From Octopus vulgaris (taxonomy: Eukaryota), in contig OX597821.1 of the NCBI GenBank assembly GCA_951406725.2, positions 24,552,001 through 24,616,000 of the forward strand: 64,000 nucleotides of DNA, read 5' to 3'. Positions within the stretch are counted from its first letter, which is position 1. Every line of letters begins with the position of its first letter. Positions 13,047 to 28,167 of the stretch are shown piece after piece. The notes beneath the pieces are model-generated. The model searched no databases and was not told the origin of the DNA. It saw only the letters and a list, made by a program, of their open reading frames with translations. Both the position numbers and the translations under genes were made by a program.

Positions 13047-13487
13047 CATCTCCCATCTCTTTTAGAGCTTTATAATTTAGGCTTAACTATAGATTACTCC
13101 TCCCCACCACGACTTTGGATAATCATAACTATCAGAGAAATGTATATTTTTTAATGAAATTATCTACGAATATGTGTTATATCAAGTAGATTTCGAATAT
13201 ATAAAACTTTTGCGGGAAAGTGTTTTAGGATGGGGTGTGGTGGGGAATTTCGGAAAATTCACCGGCGTCCACTTCAATTCGTCTTAACTTTCAATAAAAT
13301 GGATATTTTTTAACGAAGTTCTCTACAAATATACCTCGGACTATGTAGATTCCGAGAACATAGGCATTTAGGGGAAAACAACTGGGGGTTATTTTTGAGA
13401 ACCGTTCTTCACTCGAGGGTGTTTCAGAATAAGCCGTCCATGTTTGCTTCATTTTCTTTCACTCACAAACACACACACACACACACG

Positions 13488-13551
<64 letters not shown>

Positions 13552-14035
13552 CACACTTAAGTGATGCTATTTTTCATATGTGATGTAGTGGTGTTGCAAA
13601 ATTTGATTTGTACATATTAATTTCCATTATGTCTTTTATATTAAATCAAACTTTCATGCGTTTTATTGTAAAGTTCAGGATGTTATTAAAAATTGAAACT
13701 CATCAGGGACTTTTGGGACACCGTGTGTATATATAGGCGCAGGCATGACTGTGTAGTAAGAAGCTTGCTTCCAAGCCACAAAATACATTTAGCAAGTGGA
13801 TTTGGGCAGAAACTGAAAGAAACCCGTGTGCGTATGTGTCCCACGACCGCTTGACAACTGGTATTGTTGATTTTACGCCCGCAGAGCCTAGCAGTTCGTC
13901 AAAAGACCCCGATAGAATAAGCATTTTCAATCCCGGGAACATCCTGATTCCAAAAGGGTATAATATGTCTATATAGAGTGAATAAGATGCAGGGGTCCCA
14001 GACAGACAGAATTTCACTTTTACTATAATAGAAAT

Positions 14036-14075
<40 letters not shown>

Positions 14076-14104
14076 GTATGTATGTATTTGTGTGTGTGTG
14101 TGTG

Positions 14105-14136
<32 letters not shown>

Positions 14137-14190
14137 AATATATACACACACATGTATGTAAGTATGTATGTATGTATATATGTAATGTCA

Positions 14191-14268
14191 GGTCACTTTC
14201 GAGAGCTACTGGTAAAGTGTAACCCAGTACAACCTGTTGCATGGTCGGGTCGTCGGCGACTAAACCGG
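14191..14268 (+). ncRNA. Decayed HDV-like ribozyme candidate (copy at 19081-19158)
   Basis: P1 GGTCAC/ATGGTC, P2 CCAGT/ACCGG, P3 ACA/TGC around L3 ACCTGT, GGG, P4 TCG-TCGG-CGA, then C-TAA; one mismatch in each of P1, P2 and P3. Confidence 0.5.
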
Positions 14269-14741
14269 CAACCCCACTAAGCTTGCTTGGTGAGGAGAGT
14301 GTTTATTGGACACCCTACGGAATGAAAAACAAAACCCGTCAAAGGGCGGAGGAACTCTTGAGAGTCAACGGCCATCCAATAAATGTCTTAAGGATGTATC
14401 ATGCGCGGGGATATAGAAATAATCGGACTGAATACCCGATTGCGCGGTTAAACTATTGGGATTGAAAGACTCCTAGCCTTTGTTAGGGCATCCTTCTAGG
14501 AGAAGGTAACTTAGGTAACTGGGATAAATCCGACATAAAACCTGCGGCTCAGTGGTTACCGATGGTGTTGACTTGTTCTTCTTTTCGGATTGTGGCTGCT
14601 GTTGCTTAATGAGTGGGATTGACTCAGTGCACTGCCTTTCCTCACTTTAAAAAAAATCTTCTTGCACAGGCATTGCACGATAACAACATTGATTAAGCTT
14701 CATGCAATGGCCATACTTGATAACGAGGGGGCAGCCACCAT
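14191..14741 (+). mobile_element. RTE-like 5' UTR or non-autonomous element (duplicated at 19081-19628)
   Basis: GC-richer 550-bp island between (TATG)n tracts, starting with an HDV-like fold; the RTE assignment is inferred from UTR-like motifs (GGAGAAGG..AAACCTGCGGC). Confidence 0.5.
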
Positions 14742-14778
14742 ATATGTATGTGTGTGTGTATCTGTGCATGTATATATG

Positions 14779-14812
<34 letters not shown>

Positions 14813-14950
14813 TGTACGTATGTCAGTAGGTAGGCATACATGAATGTATATATACACGTATATACATATATCTATATACAAATACATAATTCGTGAAGGC
14901 TATGCGCAACGATTTTTCGCAAAGACATATGCACATATATGCGTACATGC

Positions 14951-15039
<89 letters not shown>

Positions 15040-15181
15040 GAAATAAGGGTAGGAATCGATATTAATCAATTAAAACCAGTGGCTTAGCGATTTGACATCT
15101 TAAGTTTAGTATATTTGGTGTCCACTTTAGTGGTCATTCCTGTTAATTATGTATATACATATATATGTATGTATATATGTT

Positions 15182-15227
<46 letters not shown>

Positions 15228-15573
15228 TGTGTGTATATATATATGTATATAAATATGTAGAAATATATATATATATATATGTGTTTATATATATATATGT
15301 ATATATACATATATATAAATATACATGCACTATAACACTATATATGTATGTATATAATTTGATATACGTAGGAGTTAAATGCTGTGCATATTGCTTATTG
15401 ATTGTTATTTATCTTTCGCTAGAGTACTTAGTTGGTATCCTCCCATAAACGAAACACTTTGTGTGTATGTATATATGTGTGTGTGTGTGCGTGAGTGCAT
15501 GTGTTTATAAAATACACACGCGCACATGCACGCACACACACACACACACACAAATACACACACACACACACAC

Positions 15574-16333
15574 ACAGAAGGTGAGGTGAATAGATTGTCA
15601 TCTAAATTACGCAAGAATGAAAAAAAAACGCCGATTCTCATTTTAACAGATGTATTTACCAAATATACATAAATATCTTGCAATAATAAAGAGTAAATTT
15701 ATTCAATAAAATCGCCATTGGCTTCAACTACGACCTCCAGACGACTTCGGAATCTCCTGCAACTCTTCTGGAGGGTCTTCTTGTTTAAGTTGGTGGATGC
15801 TTCCATAATCCTCGCCTTCAGTTCATCTTTGGTGTTACAAGGAGTTTTGTTGGTCTCTCGCTCATTTGCGCACCACACATAATAATCAAGGAGGTTGCAG
15901 TTTGGGGAGTCAGGTGGCCAGATGTTAGGGGTCATGTGATCGCAGATATTGTGTGACAGCCATGACTAGGTTCTCCTGCTTGTGTGGCATGGTGCTGAGT
16001 CTTATTGCCAGACACAGTGTCTTCCAACAGCCACCCTCTTCACCCAGGGTGGCACTAACTTCTCCAAGCATTTGTTGCAAGCCTCCATGTTGAGTGTGAG
16101 GCCGTGTGGGAAGATGGATGGAGGCATAACGTCGCCATCACTAGTGTGTGTGTGCGTGCGTGGAGAAGTTAGTGCCACCCTGGGTGAAGAGGGTGGCTGT
16201 TGGAAGACACTGTGTCTGGCAATAAGACTCAGCACCATGCCACACAAGCAGGAGAACCTAGTCATGGCTGTCACACAATATCTGCGATCACATCACCCCT
16301 AACATCTGGCCACCTGACTCCCCAAACTGCAAC
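15574..16333 (-). mobile_element. maT (DD37D) Tc1/mariner relic containing a 173-bp inverted duplication
   Basis: WPPDSPNCNLLDYYVW..NERETNKTPCNTKDELKARI; 37 residues between the second and third D; TIR-like end at 15574. Confidence 0.85.
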
Positions 16334-17216
16334 TCGGTTTAACTACTAAACAGTCCTAATCTACCTTAGCAAAAAAAAATCGATCATAAATACAAATACT
16401 GCGCTTTTTCTTTATATAACGTAATGCACTATTCCTACATGTAATGAAATGATCTCCGATTTACTTACTTATTTAGTTAATAATTAATAATTAAAGATAT
16501 ATTATGCTACAAAACAACTTGTTTGACCTTCCCATAGGCCTCCCTTTTGAGAAACACTGATTTAACCCAAATTTGAGACACCAGCAAAAGAAGAAATAAA
16601 GATAGATTTTTTCTAGTCCAAAGAAAAACGATTTTATTCACACAAATATGCAACCGAAGAGTTTAAAGTACCAGTAATGATAAAGCTGTTGACTGGGAGA
16701 ACACAAACATGGTTTAATTAGTAAGCTTGGCAGGAAAGAACGTGCCTTTAAGCAGTACAAAAACAACGAAAAATGGAAGGTGTAGTTATGTACAGGTTGA
16801 CGGAAGAAAGGTAGGACAAAAACGGCTTTAACGATCGCATTCTCACCTGGAATCGATTTTTGTAATTCTTTCAAGACTATACACGCCCTGATACAGTCGG
16901 TATCTACATATCAAATTTCAGCGCAATCGGATGGAGGATGCCCGAGATCCTAGAAGACACACAGACAGACAGAACGGATTGTATATAATAGATATGACAT
17001 GAACGCTACTCATCTATACATCTCCTGAACTGTATCTATTACCAAACCATTGAAAATGATTCACCTACAACAGTCGACCAATAATTTTTTACGATCTAGC
17101 TTATCCTTCACTTATTTTATTATATAATCCTTTCCTTGCCCATTTAAGTATTGCTTTTTCCTTTTATTTAAATTTATATACTATTTTACATACATTAATA
17201 TTTTTCTTTAGATATA

Positions 17217-17437
17217 CTCTTTTACTCTTTACTCTTTTACTTGTTTCAGTCATTTGACTGCTGCCATGCTGGAGCACCGCCTTTAATTGAGCAACTCGAC
17301 CCCGGGACTTATTCTTTTGTAAGCCCAGTACTTATTTCATCGGTCTCTTTTGCCGAACCGCTAAGTAATTGAGACGTAAACACACCAGCATCGGTTGTCA
17401 AGCAATGCTAGGAGAACAAACACAGACACACAAACAT

Positions 17438-17468
<31 letters not shown>

Positions 17469-17640
17469 CATATATACGACGGGCTTCTTTCAGTTTCCGC
17501 CTACCAAATCCACTCACAAGGCATTGGTCGGTCCGGGGCTATAGCAGAAGACACTTGCCCAAGGTGCCACGCAGTGGGACTGAACCCGGAACCATGTGGT
17601 TGGTAAGCAAGCTACTTACCACACAGCCACTCCTGCGCCT
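17217..17640 (-). mobile_element. SINE family A (duplicate of 12333-12753)
   Basis: Same sequence, part of the tandem duplication. Confidence 0.92.
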
Positions 17641-18373
17641 ATCTTTCTTTGTATGCTATTTATTTTTACTCACATCTATAATTCAGAAGCTGAATACTTA
17701 CGCATAAAATATATGATTTAACTTCTTAAACCTATTAGTAATTCATATGCATCCTTTCAAGAAATATGTTAACCTTTGTTGTGTAAGTTCATATAAACTC
17801 ATACAACCCTGATGAGATTTTACCCCATATAGTTGAAAATGATGAAGTATTTTTAGCACAATACCCAATCCAAAAGCTTAGAATTACTAATGACCCAGGG
17901 GCATAAATCGAAACATATATGTTAGCTTTTGGCATCTCCCATCTCTTTTAGAGCTTTATAATTTAGGCTTAACTATAGATTACTCCTCCCCACCACGACT
18001 TTGGATAATCATAACTATCAGAGAAATGTATATTTTTTAATGAAATTATCTACGAATATGTGTTATATCAAGTAGATTTCGAATATATAAAACTTTTGCG
18101 GGAAAGTGTTTTAGGATGGGGTGTGGTGGGGAATTTCGGAAAATTCACCGGCGTCCACTTCAATTCGTCTTAACTTTCAATAAAATGGATATTTTTTAAC
18201 GAAATTCTCTACAAATATACCTCGGACTATGTAGATTCCGAGAACATAGGCATTTAGGGGAAAACAACTGGGGGTTATTTTTGAGAACCGTTCTTCACTC
18301 GAGGGTGTTTCAGAATAAGCCGTCCATGTTTGCTTCATTTTCTTTCACTCACAAACACACACACACACACACG

Positions 18374-18441
<68 letters not shown>

Positions 18442-18925
18442 CACACTTAAGTGATGCTATTTTTCATATGTGATGTAGTGGTGTTGCAAAATTTGATTTG
18501 TACATATTAATTTCCATTATGTCTTTTATATTAAATCAAACTTTCATGCGTTTTATTGTAAAGTTCAGGATGTTATTAAAAATTGAAACTCATCAGGGAC
18601 TTTTGGGACACCGTGTGTATATATAGGCACAGGCATGACTGTGTAGTAAGAAGCTTGCTTCCAAGCCACAAAATACATTTAGCAAGTGGATTTGGGCAGA
18701 AACTGAAAGAAACCCGTGTGCGTATGTGTCCCACGACCGCTTGACAACTGGTATTGTTGATTTTACGCCCGCAGAGCCTAGCAGTTCGTCAAAAGACCCC
18801 GATAGAATAAGCATTTTCAATCCCGGGAACATCCTGATTCCAAAAGGGTATAATATGTCTATATAGAGTGAATAAGATGCAGGGGTCCCAGACAGACAGA
18901 ATTTCACTTTTACTATAATAGAAAT

Positions 18926-18963
<38 letters not shown>

Positions 18964-18990
18964 GTATGTATGTATTTGTGTGTGTGTGTG

Positions 18991-19030
<40 letters not shown>

Positions 19031-19830
19031 TATACACACACATGTATGTAAGTATGTATGTATGTATATATGTAATGTCAGGTCACTTTCGAGAGCTACT
19101 GGTAAAGTGTAACCCAGTACAACCTGTTGCATGGTCGGGTCGTCGGCGACTAAACCGGCAACCCCACTAAGCTTGCTTGGTGAGGAGAGTGTTTATTGGA
19201 CACCCTACGGAATGAAAAACAAAACCCGTCAAAGGGCGGAGGAACTCTTGAGAGTCAACGGCCATCCAATAAATGTCTTAAGGATGTATCATGCGCGGGG
19301 ATATAGAAATAATCGGACTGAATACCTGATCGCGCGGTTAAACTATTGGGATTGAAAGACTCTAGCCTTTGTTAGGGCATCCTTCTAGGAGAAGGTAACT
19401 TAGGTAACTGGGATAAATCCGACATAAAACCTGCGGCTCAGTGGTTACCGATGGTGTTGACTTGTTCTTCTTTTCGGATTGTGGCTGCTGTTGCTTAATG
19501 AGTGGGATTGACTCAGTGCACTGCCTTTCCTCACTTTAAAAAAAATCTTCTTGCACAGGCATTGCACGATAACAACATTGATTAAGCTTCATGCAATGGC
19601 CATACTTGATAACGAGGGGCAGCCACTATATATGTATGTATGTGTGTATCTGTGCATGTATATATGTATATATGTATGTATGTATGTATGTATGTACGTA
19701 TGTCAGTAGGTAGGCATACATGAATGTATATATACACGTATATACATATATCTATATACAAATACATAATTCGTGAAGGCTATGTGCAACGATTTTTCGC
19801 AAAGACATATGCACATATATGCGTACATGC

Positions 19831-19902
<72 letters not shown>

Positions 19903-20046
19903 AGGGTAGGAATCGATATTAATCAATTAAAACCAGTGGGTTAGCGATTTGACATCTTAAGTTTAGTATATTTGGTGTCCACTTTAGTGGTCATTCCTGT
20001 TAATTATGTATATACATATATATATGTATGTATATATGTTTGTATA

Positions 20047-20098
<52 letters not shown>

Positions 20099-20419
20099 TG
20101 TGTGTATATATATATGTATATAAATATGTAGAAATATATATATATATATATGTGTTTATATATATATATGTATATATACATATATATAAATATACATGCA
20201 CTATAACACTATATATGTATGTATATAATTTGATATACGTAGGAGTTAAATGCTGTGCATATTGCTTATTGATTGTTATTTATCTTTCGCTAGAGTACTT
20301 AGTTGGTATCCTCCCATAAACGAAACACTTTGTGTGTATGTATATATGTGTGTGTGCGTGCGTGAGTGCATGTGTTTATAAAATACACACCCGCACATGC
20401 ACGCACACACACACACACA

Positions 20420-20450
<31 letters not shown>

Positions 20451-20453
<3 letters not shown>

Positions 20454-21490
20454 GAAGGTGAGGTGAATAGATTGTCATCTAAATTACGCAAGAATGAAAA
20501 AAAAACGCCGATTCTCATTTTAACAGATGTATTTACCAAAATTACATAAATATCTTGCAATAATAAAGAGTAAATTTATTCAATAAAATCGCCATTGGCT
20601 TCAACCACGACCTCCAGACGACTTCGGAATCTCCTGCAACTCTTCTGGAGGGTCTTCTTGTTTAAGTTGGTGGATGCTTCCATAATCCTCGCCTTCAGTT
20701 CATCTTTGGTGTTACAAGGAGTTTTGTTGGTCTCTCGCTCATTTGCGCACCACACATAATAATCAAGGAGGTTGCAGTTTGGGGAGTCAGGTGGCCAGAT
20801 GTTAGGGGTCATGTGATCGCAGATATTGTGTGACAGCCATGACTAGGTTCTCCTGCTTGTGTGGCATGGTGCTGAGTCTTATTGCCAGACACAGTGTCTT
20901 CCAACAGCCACCCTCTTCACCCAGGGTGGCACTAACTTCTCCAAGCATTTGTTGCAAGCCTCCATGTTGAGTGTGAGGCCGTGTGGGAAGATGGATGGAG
21001 GCATAACGTCGCCATCACTAGTGTGTGTGTGCGTGCGTGGAGAAGTTAGTGCCACCCTGGGTGAAGAGGGTGGCTGTTGGAAGACACTGTGTCTGGCAAT
21101 AAGACTCAGCACCATGCCACACAAGCAGGAGAACCTAGTCATGGCTGTCACACAATATCTGCGATCACATCACCCCTAACATCTGGCCACCTGACTCCCC
21201 AAACTGCAACTCCCTCCAAAGACAATGATGTTGACTTGATGTTTGATTTTTATCACTCTCGCTACATGTCCTCAGATTGCACTGTCCTCAGATCCACGCT
21301 CAGACACTCTGAAATGTTCATATTGATGATTACAGCGCAAATGCCAAACACTACAGCATGTCGTTTCCAAATTTCTAGCAGAGCGAATTGCATCATGGTG
21401 CTGTTTTTCTCACAGATGATGCCCTACTGCCCCTACTATACTGTGTAGTTGACAAAATCAAAAACAATGCACATGCCCAAACGAATTAAA
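20451..21490 (-). mobile_element. maT (DD37D) relic, internally deleted, with N-terminal remnant
   Basis: Same as 15574-16333; resumes after 21212 and includes MMQFALLEIWKRHAVVFGI..ISECLSVDLRTVQ. Confidence 0.85.
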
Positions 21491-21559
21491 TTCCAGTAAT
21501 TAAAACATTTTGGGGGGAAAAATCTCGTCAGAAGAGTAAAAAATAGAAAAGACATCTCG

Positions 21560-22540
21560 TTAGGTTATTTACATGTTATTCTTCCAAAAGATCTCAACAG
21601 AATTTGTAGACCCATAACCTGCTTAACAACAATATATAAATCACTAACATCTGTCTTGACTGAATACACCTGTAGTTTTTTAATAAAAAGTGGCATCTTC
21701 CCTAATGAGCAAAATGGATGTAAACGTGGGTCCTCTGGTTGTAAAGATCAGCTACTCATCAATAAGATGATCTTGGAAGATTGTCGCAAACAACACAAGA
21801 ACTTGTCGATAGCCTGGATAGACTATAAAAATGATTTTGATAGTCTACCACATGGAAATTTATAAAATAGCACCTACTCTGCGAAGCTTCTTATCTGTAA
21901 GTATGAGATCATGAAGAACCACACTGACTTTGAACAGTGACTATGAATCTTTCAATGTTGGAGATGTAAGAATTTTCCAGGGTAACTCTCTATCACCATT
22001 CCTTGTTTGTCTAGCCTTAATATCTCTTTCAAAATTGCTCGATGATGTACAATATGGTTATAAAATTTTTGATAAAAATATGACTCATCTCTTTTACACG
22101 GATGATTTAAAGCTCTTGGCAAAAAATGACCAACAGCTGCAGGGCTTACTAGCAATTGTTAAACTGTTCAATGATGACATCAGGATGGAATTTGGCCCCG
22201 ATAAATGTGCAAAAGCTATTTTTATCAGAGGGAAAATGATAAAAACACCCAGTGATAAAAATTTTGACCAATAGAATGTCATAAAGGAATTAGAACCAGG
22301 AGAGTGCTACAAATTCGTAGGGGTATTTCAAGGTAATGGAATCAAACATTCAATGATGAAAGAAAAGATCAGAAAAGAATGTCATCGTAGGCTAAGGCCA
22401 ATACTCAAGACAAAACTGAATACTAGAAACAGGATGGAAACGATCAATAGCTTTGCCATACCGATCGTGACTTAGTTTCAATATTATTAACTGGTCAATT
22501 CCTGGAATATGTGATCTTGACAGAAAAATACGAAAACCAG
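21560..22540 (+). pseudogene. R4/Dong-clade LINE reverse transcriptase fragment
   Basis: RPITCL..IYK, EQNGC..GS.GCKDQLLI, AWIDYK..FDSLPH, IFQG.SLSP, HLFYTDDLKL, IRMEFG.DKCAK; several stops and frameshifts. Confidence 0.92.
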
Positions 22541-22760
22541 TAAGTATTTATGTTTTAGTTTTCTTTCAACAGACAATATTTTAATGTGGTTTTTAATTAT
22601 TTTCAAGTGAATACCATTACGAAAATTATTTTTGGTATATTTAAAAAATATTCTAAAGTGAAAATGACTTTAAAAAGACGGTAAATATTTCGTAAAAGAC
22701 CCATTCGTAGCCTCAGTGTGAAATAGTTTTTCGTGTGTATTCAACGTATCTCACCTCCAA

Positions 22761-22874
22761 AGATCTGGCTGCTACTTTTGCACGCCCTGCTACCACATAA
22801 CAGCTATTTGCGATAAAGGGCCCTAAATAACTGTTACGTGGCAGCAGGGCGTGCAAGAAATAGCAGCCAAATCT
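22761..22874. repeat. About 50-bp imperfect inverted repeat (hairpin)
   Basis: AGATCTGGCTGCTACTTTTGCACGCCCTGCTACCACATAACAGCTATTT versus AAATAACTGTTACGTGGCAGCAGGGCGTGCAAGAAATAGCAGCCAAATCT, loop about 14 nt. Confidence 0.85.
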
Positions 22875-22989
22875 TTCCTTTTCTTGGAGAAAAGAGCCGT
22901 TTACACGTGATTTCGATGTCACATTCGTTGAAAACATGCGAAATAACCTGGAAAAGAGAAGAAAAAAAAAACATGAAACAAAACGTGTG

Positions 22990-23150
22990 TGCACGACGGA
23001 CTTCTTTCAGTTTCCGTCTACGAAATACAAACGCAAGGCTTTGGTCAGCCCGGGGCTATAGCAAAAGATAAATGCCCAAGGTGCTACACAGTGGGACCGA
23101 AGCCGAAACTGTTGTTGGGAAGAAAAATTTCTTACCCTTACAGCTACGCG
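22990..23150 (-). mobile_element. SINE family A, diverged 5' half
   Basis: Similar to the full copies. Confidence 0.7.
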
Positions 23151-23367
23151 TATATCTGTGTTCGTGTTTATGTCAAGTTATATATAAAAAAAATTAACGC
23201 TAGACTGAAAGATTACTCAAAGTCTTTCCTCAGAGAATATTTTTATTAAATTTGCATGGAAATATTTTATAGTGACTTCAAAGTTCTCACCTGGTTCGCC
23301 TACACAGTCTGATAAAGTCGAAGTCACTCTTAGTTTTTCCTTGTGAAAATTAATATGTATACCTAAT

Positions 23368-23740
23368 AGATGCAGGAGTGGCTGTGTGGTAAAAAGCTTG
23401 TTTCGCAACCAAATGCTTCCGGGTTCTGTCCCACTTCGGGGCATCTTGGGCATGTGTCTTCCGCTTTAGCTTGCCTCGGGCCGACCAAAGCCTTATGAGT
23501 GGATTTGATATACGGAAACTGAAAGAAGCATCTCGTATGTGTTTGTGTGTGTGTGTGTATGTGTCCACCATCGCTTGACAACCGATGCTGGTGTTTACGT
23601 CGCTGTAACTTAACGGTTCGGCAAAAGTGACCGATAGAATAAGTACTAGGCTTACAAAGTATATTCCTGGGTTCGATTTGTTCGACTAAAGGCGATGCTC
23701 CAGCATGGCCGCAGTTAAATGACTGAAACAAGTAAAAGAA
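23368..23740 (+). mobile_element. SINE family A
   Basis: Head, body and tail all present. Confidence 0.9.
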
Positions 23741-24434
23741 AAAAAAACAAATAAAAGAAATGCGTGAAACCACACGCGCACACACCCATAAACACGCACA
23801 CGTATACAGACGGAGAACGCACACAGATCCGAAGAAAACGATATCGTAGATAAAAGCAGCGTATATATGTCAAACTAATTAATTGATTTCTGATGAAACA
23901 AGTTAGGATACATTTATTGCTGAAAAGCATTCATTGTGTGTGTATGTGTATGTATATGCCTATGTGCCTATCTATCTGTGAGTGTATATGTGCATGTGTA
24001 TGTATTTATATGTCAGTATATTTACATATCTATGTGTGTGTGTGTGTCTGTCTGTATAAACTTGTTTATGATATCGATGAGAAAGTAAATGATGACATTT
24101 CATAAACATCTTCATAGATCTGTTATTTGCGTATGTACTTGAATGGTGCGTGTGTGTGCGTATGTGTGCATGCGTGTGTGTGTGTTAATACACTGACACA
24201 CATACACAGAGAACGAGAAAAAGTTTTATACATACACACTTCCACATGTAAATACTTAGATATGCATACACCTATGTATGCATGTATGTATGCATGCATG
24301 CATGTATGTATAAGCTTCAAATTAATGAACATGACCGTGTGTGTGCGTTTGCTTATTTTATGCATATGTGTGGATGCATGTGCGAATGCATATATATATA
24401 TAGAGAGAGAGAGAGACAGAGAGAGCTGTGGGGA

Positions 24435-26605
<2,171 letters not shown>

Positions 26606-27535
26606 ACTGGCATATTGATATATAGGAGTTTTTATGAATAGGGAACGTGACTTCTTCCCATGATTATATTACAGACGATTGTCTGCAGGTCTGATCTTTA
26701 ATAAGTACTTTTTGTGTTTGCTTATTAACCTTTAATGTTTTGTTTAAGGCAATAGCTTTCCCTAACCCATTAATTCATTAGCTTTTATAGACTTTCACAG
26801 TCGCATCGTTTCAATAAACAGATAGTAATTAATAAAGTAGTTTCTGTGCGTTTGGCAGTCGGTAGCAAAAGTTCTTGGGTATACGCTCAATACAGATAAA
26901 ATCATCAACGCTCGTGACATACTACAACACTTTATGAGTTTTTTTGTTCTAGTTTGATTTAAGCAATCCAACTTCCACTTCAAATGTGCTATTGAGATTT
27001 TTCTCGTTCGCCATGTAAGAATCACAGTACAAAGAAACTTACCAGTTTGCTTCAACGATAAAATATTTCAACTAACTCACGATAACAAATTTCTTGACCT
27101 GTTACAACACAAACTCATCTCTGATAAGATAGCACTTTTAGACCTTGGCACTTACTCCCGCCACAAACGGAAATGCTATGAAAATATTACTATTGCTTGA
27201 ATTACTATTACTATTCCCTTGTTTAATCGAAGTAAGTGTTAAATTTGAATGATTCGCAGATACAAAGAGACAGGAAAGAAGAAAGATGAGAAAGGAAAAG
27301 AAAGCAAAGGAAAAAAGAGAGAGTAAGAAGAAAAGTCATGTATACATGAGTGTATGTACGTATCTATGCATGCATATATATGAATATATGGATCTCTTCA
27401 GTTTCGCTCAAAGATTTTTTAATTATCTTTTTAAACTAAACAGTTTGAAACTTAGTATACTGGTGTAATTTCTCACGCTGAACACGGTTTACTTCGAACA
27501 TTTTTTACAAATTTCGTGTTAAAGTTGTCATATTA

Positions 27536-27906
27536 GGGTAATTTTAACCAATCAACGACGTTTATTCAGCTGAAGAAAGCTACTGCTGTATGCGATAGTA
27601 AACGAAGAGCTACAACTACTGGGTCATCTCTCCTAAATGTCACCACTCTATTCTATTTTATTTTTGTTACTGCCTGTGTTGCATATTACACGCTTTTTGT
27701 GTTCGACTTTTGATCGCCTCTTTGTACATTTGCAAAAAAAAAAGGAAAGAAAGTGTGTAATATGCAACACAGGCAGTAAACAAAAATAAAATAAAGTGGT
27801 GACATTTAGTAGAGATGACGCGGAAGTTGTTGCTCTTCGTTTACGATCGCATGCAGCAGTAACTTTCTTCAGCTGAATACACGTCGTTGATTGGTTGAAA
27901 TTACCC
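27536..27906. mobile_element. Foldback/palindromic MITE-like element
   Basis: About 160-bp imperfect arms (27536-27698 and 27748-27906) around a ~50-nt spacer; probably extends left to about 27400. Confidence 0.75.
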
Positions 27907-27963
27907 AAATGTGAGTGAAACTGAGGAGATCCGAATATATATGTTTGCATGTGTGTATGTATG

Positions 27964-27997
<34 letters not shown>

Positions 27998-28115
27998 TGT
28001 ATGTATGTATGTATGTATGTATGTATGTATGTATGTATGTATGTTTGTATAAATATATGAGCATGTATATATCTATCTATATCTCTCTATTTAAAAATAC
28101 ATATATACATACATA

Positions 28116-28167
<52 letters not shown>

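Larger units (their letters stand above)
11448..21212. repeat. About 4.88-kb direct tandem duplication (11448-16331, 16332-21212)
   Basis: Near-identical copies differing by a few SNPs and microsatellite lengths; ACTC is shared at 11448, 16332 and 21209. Confidence 0.95.
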
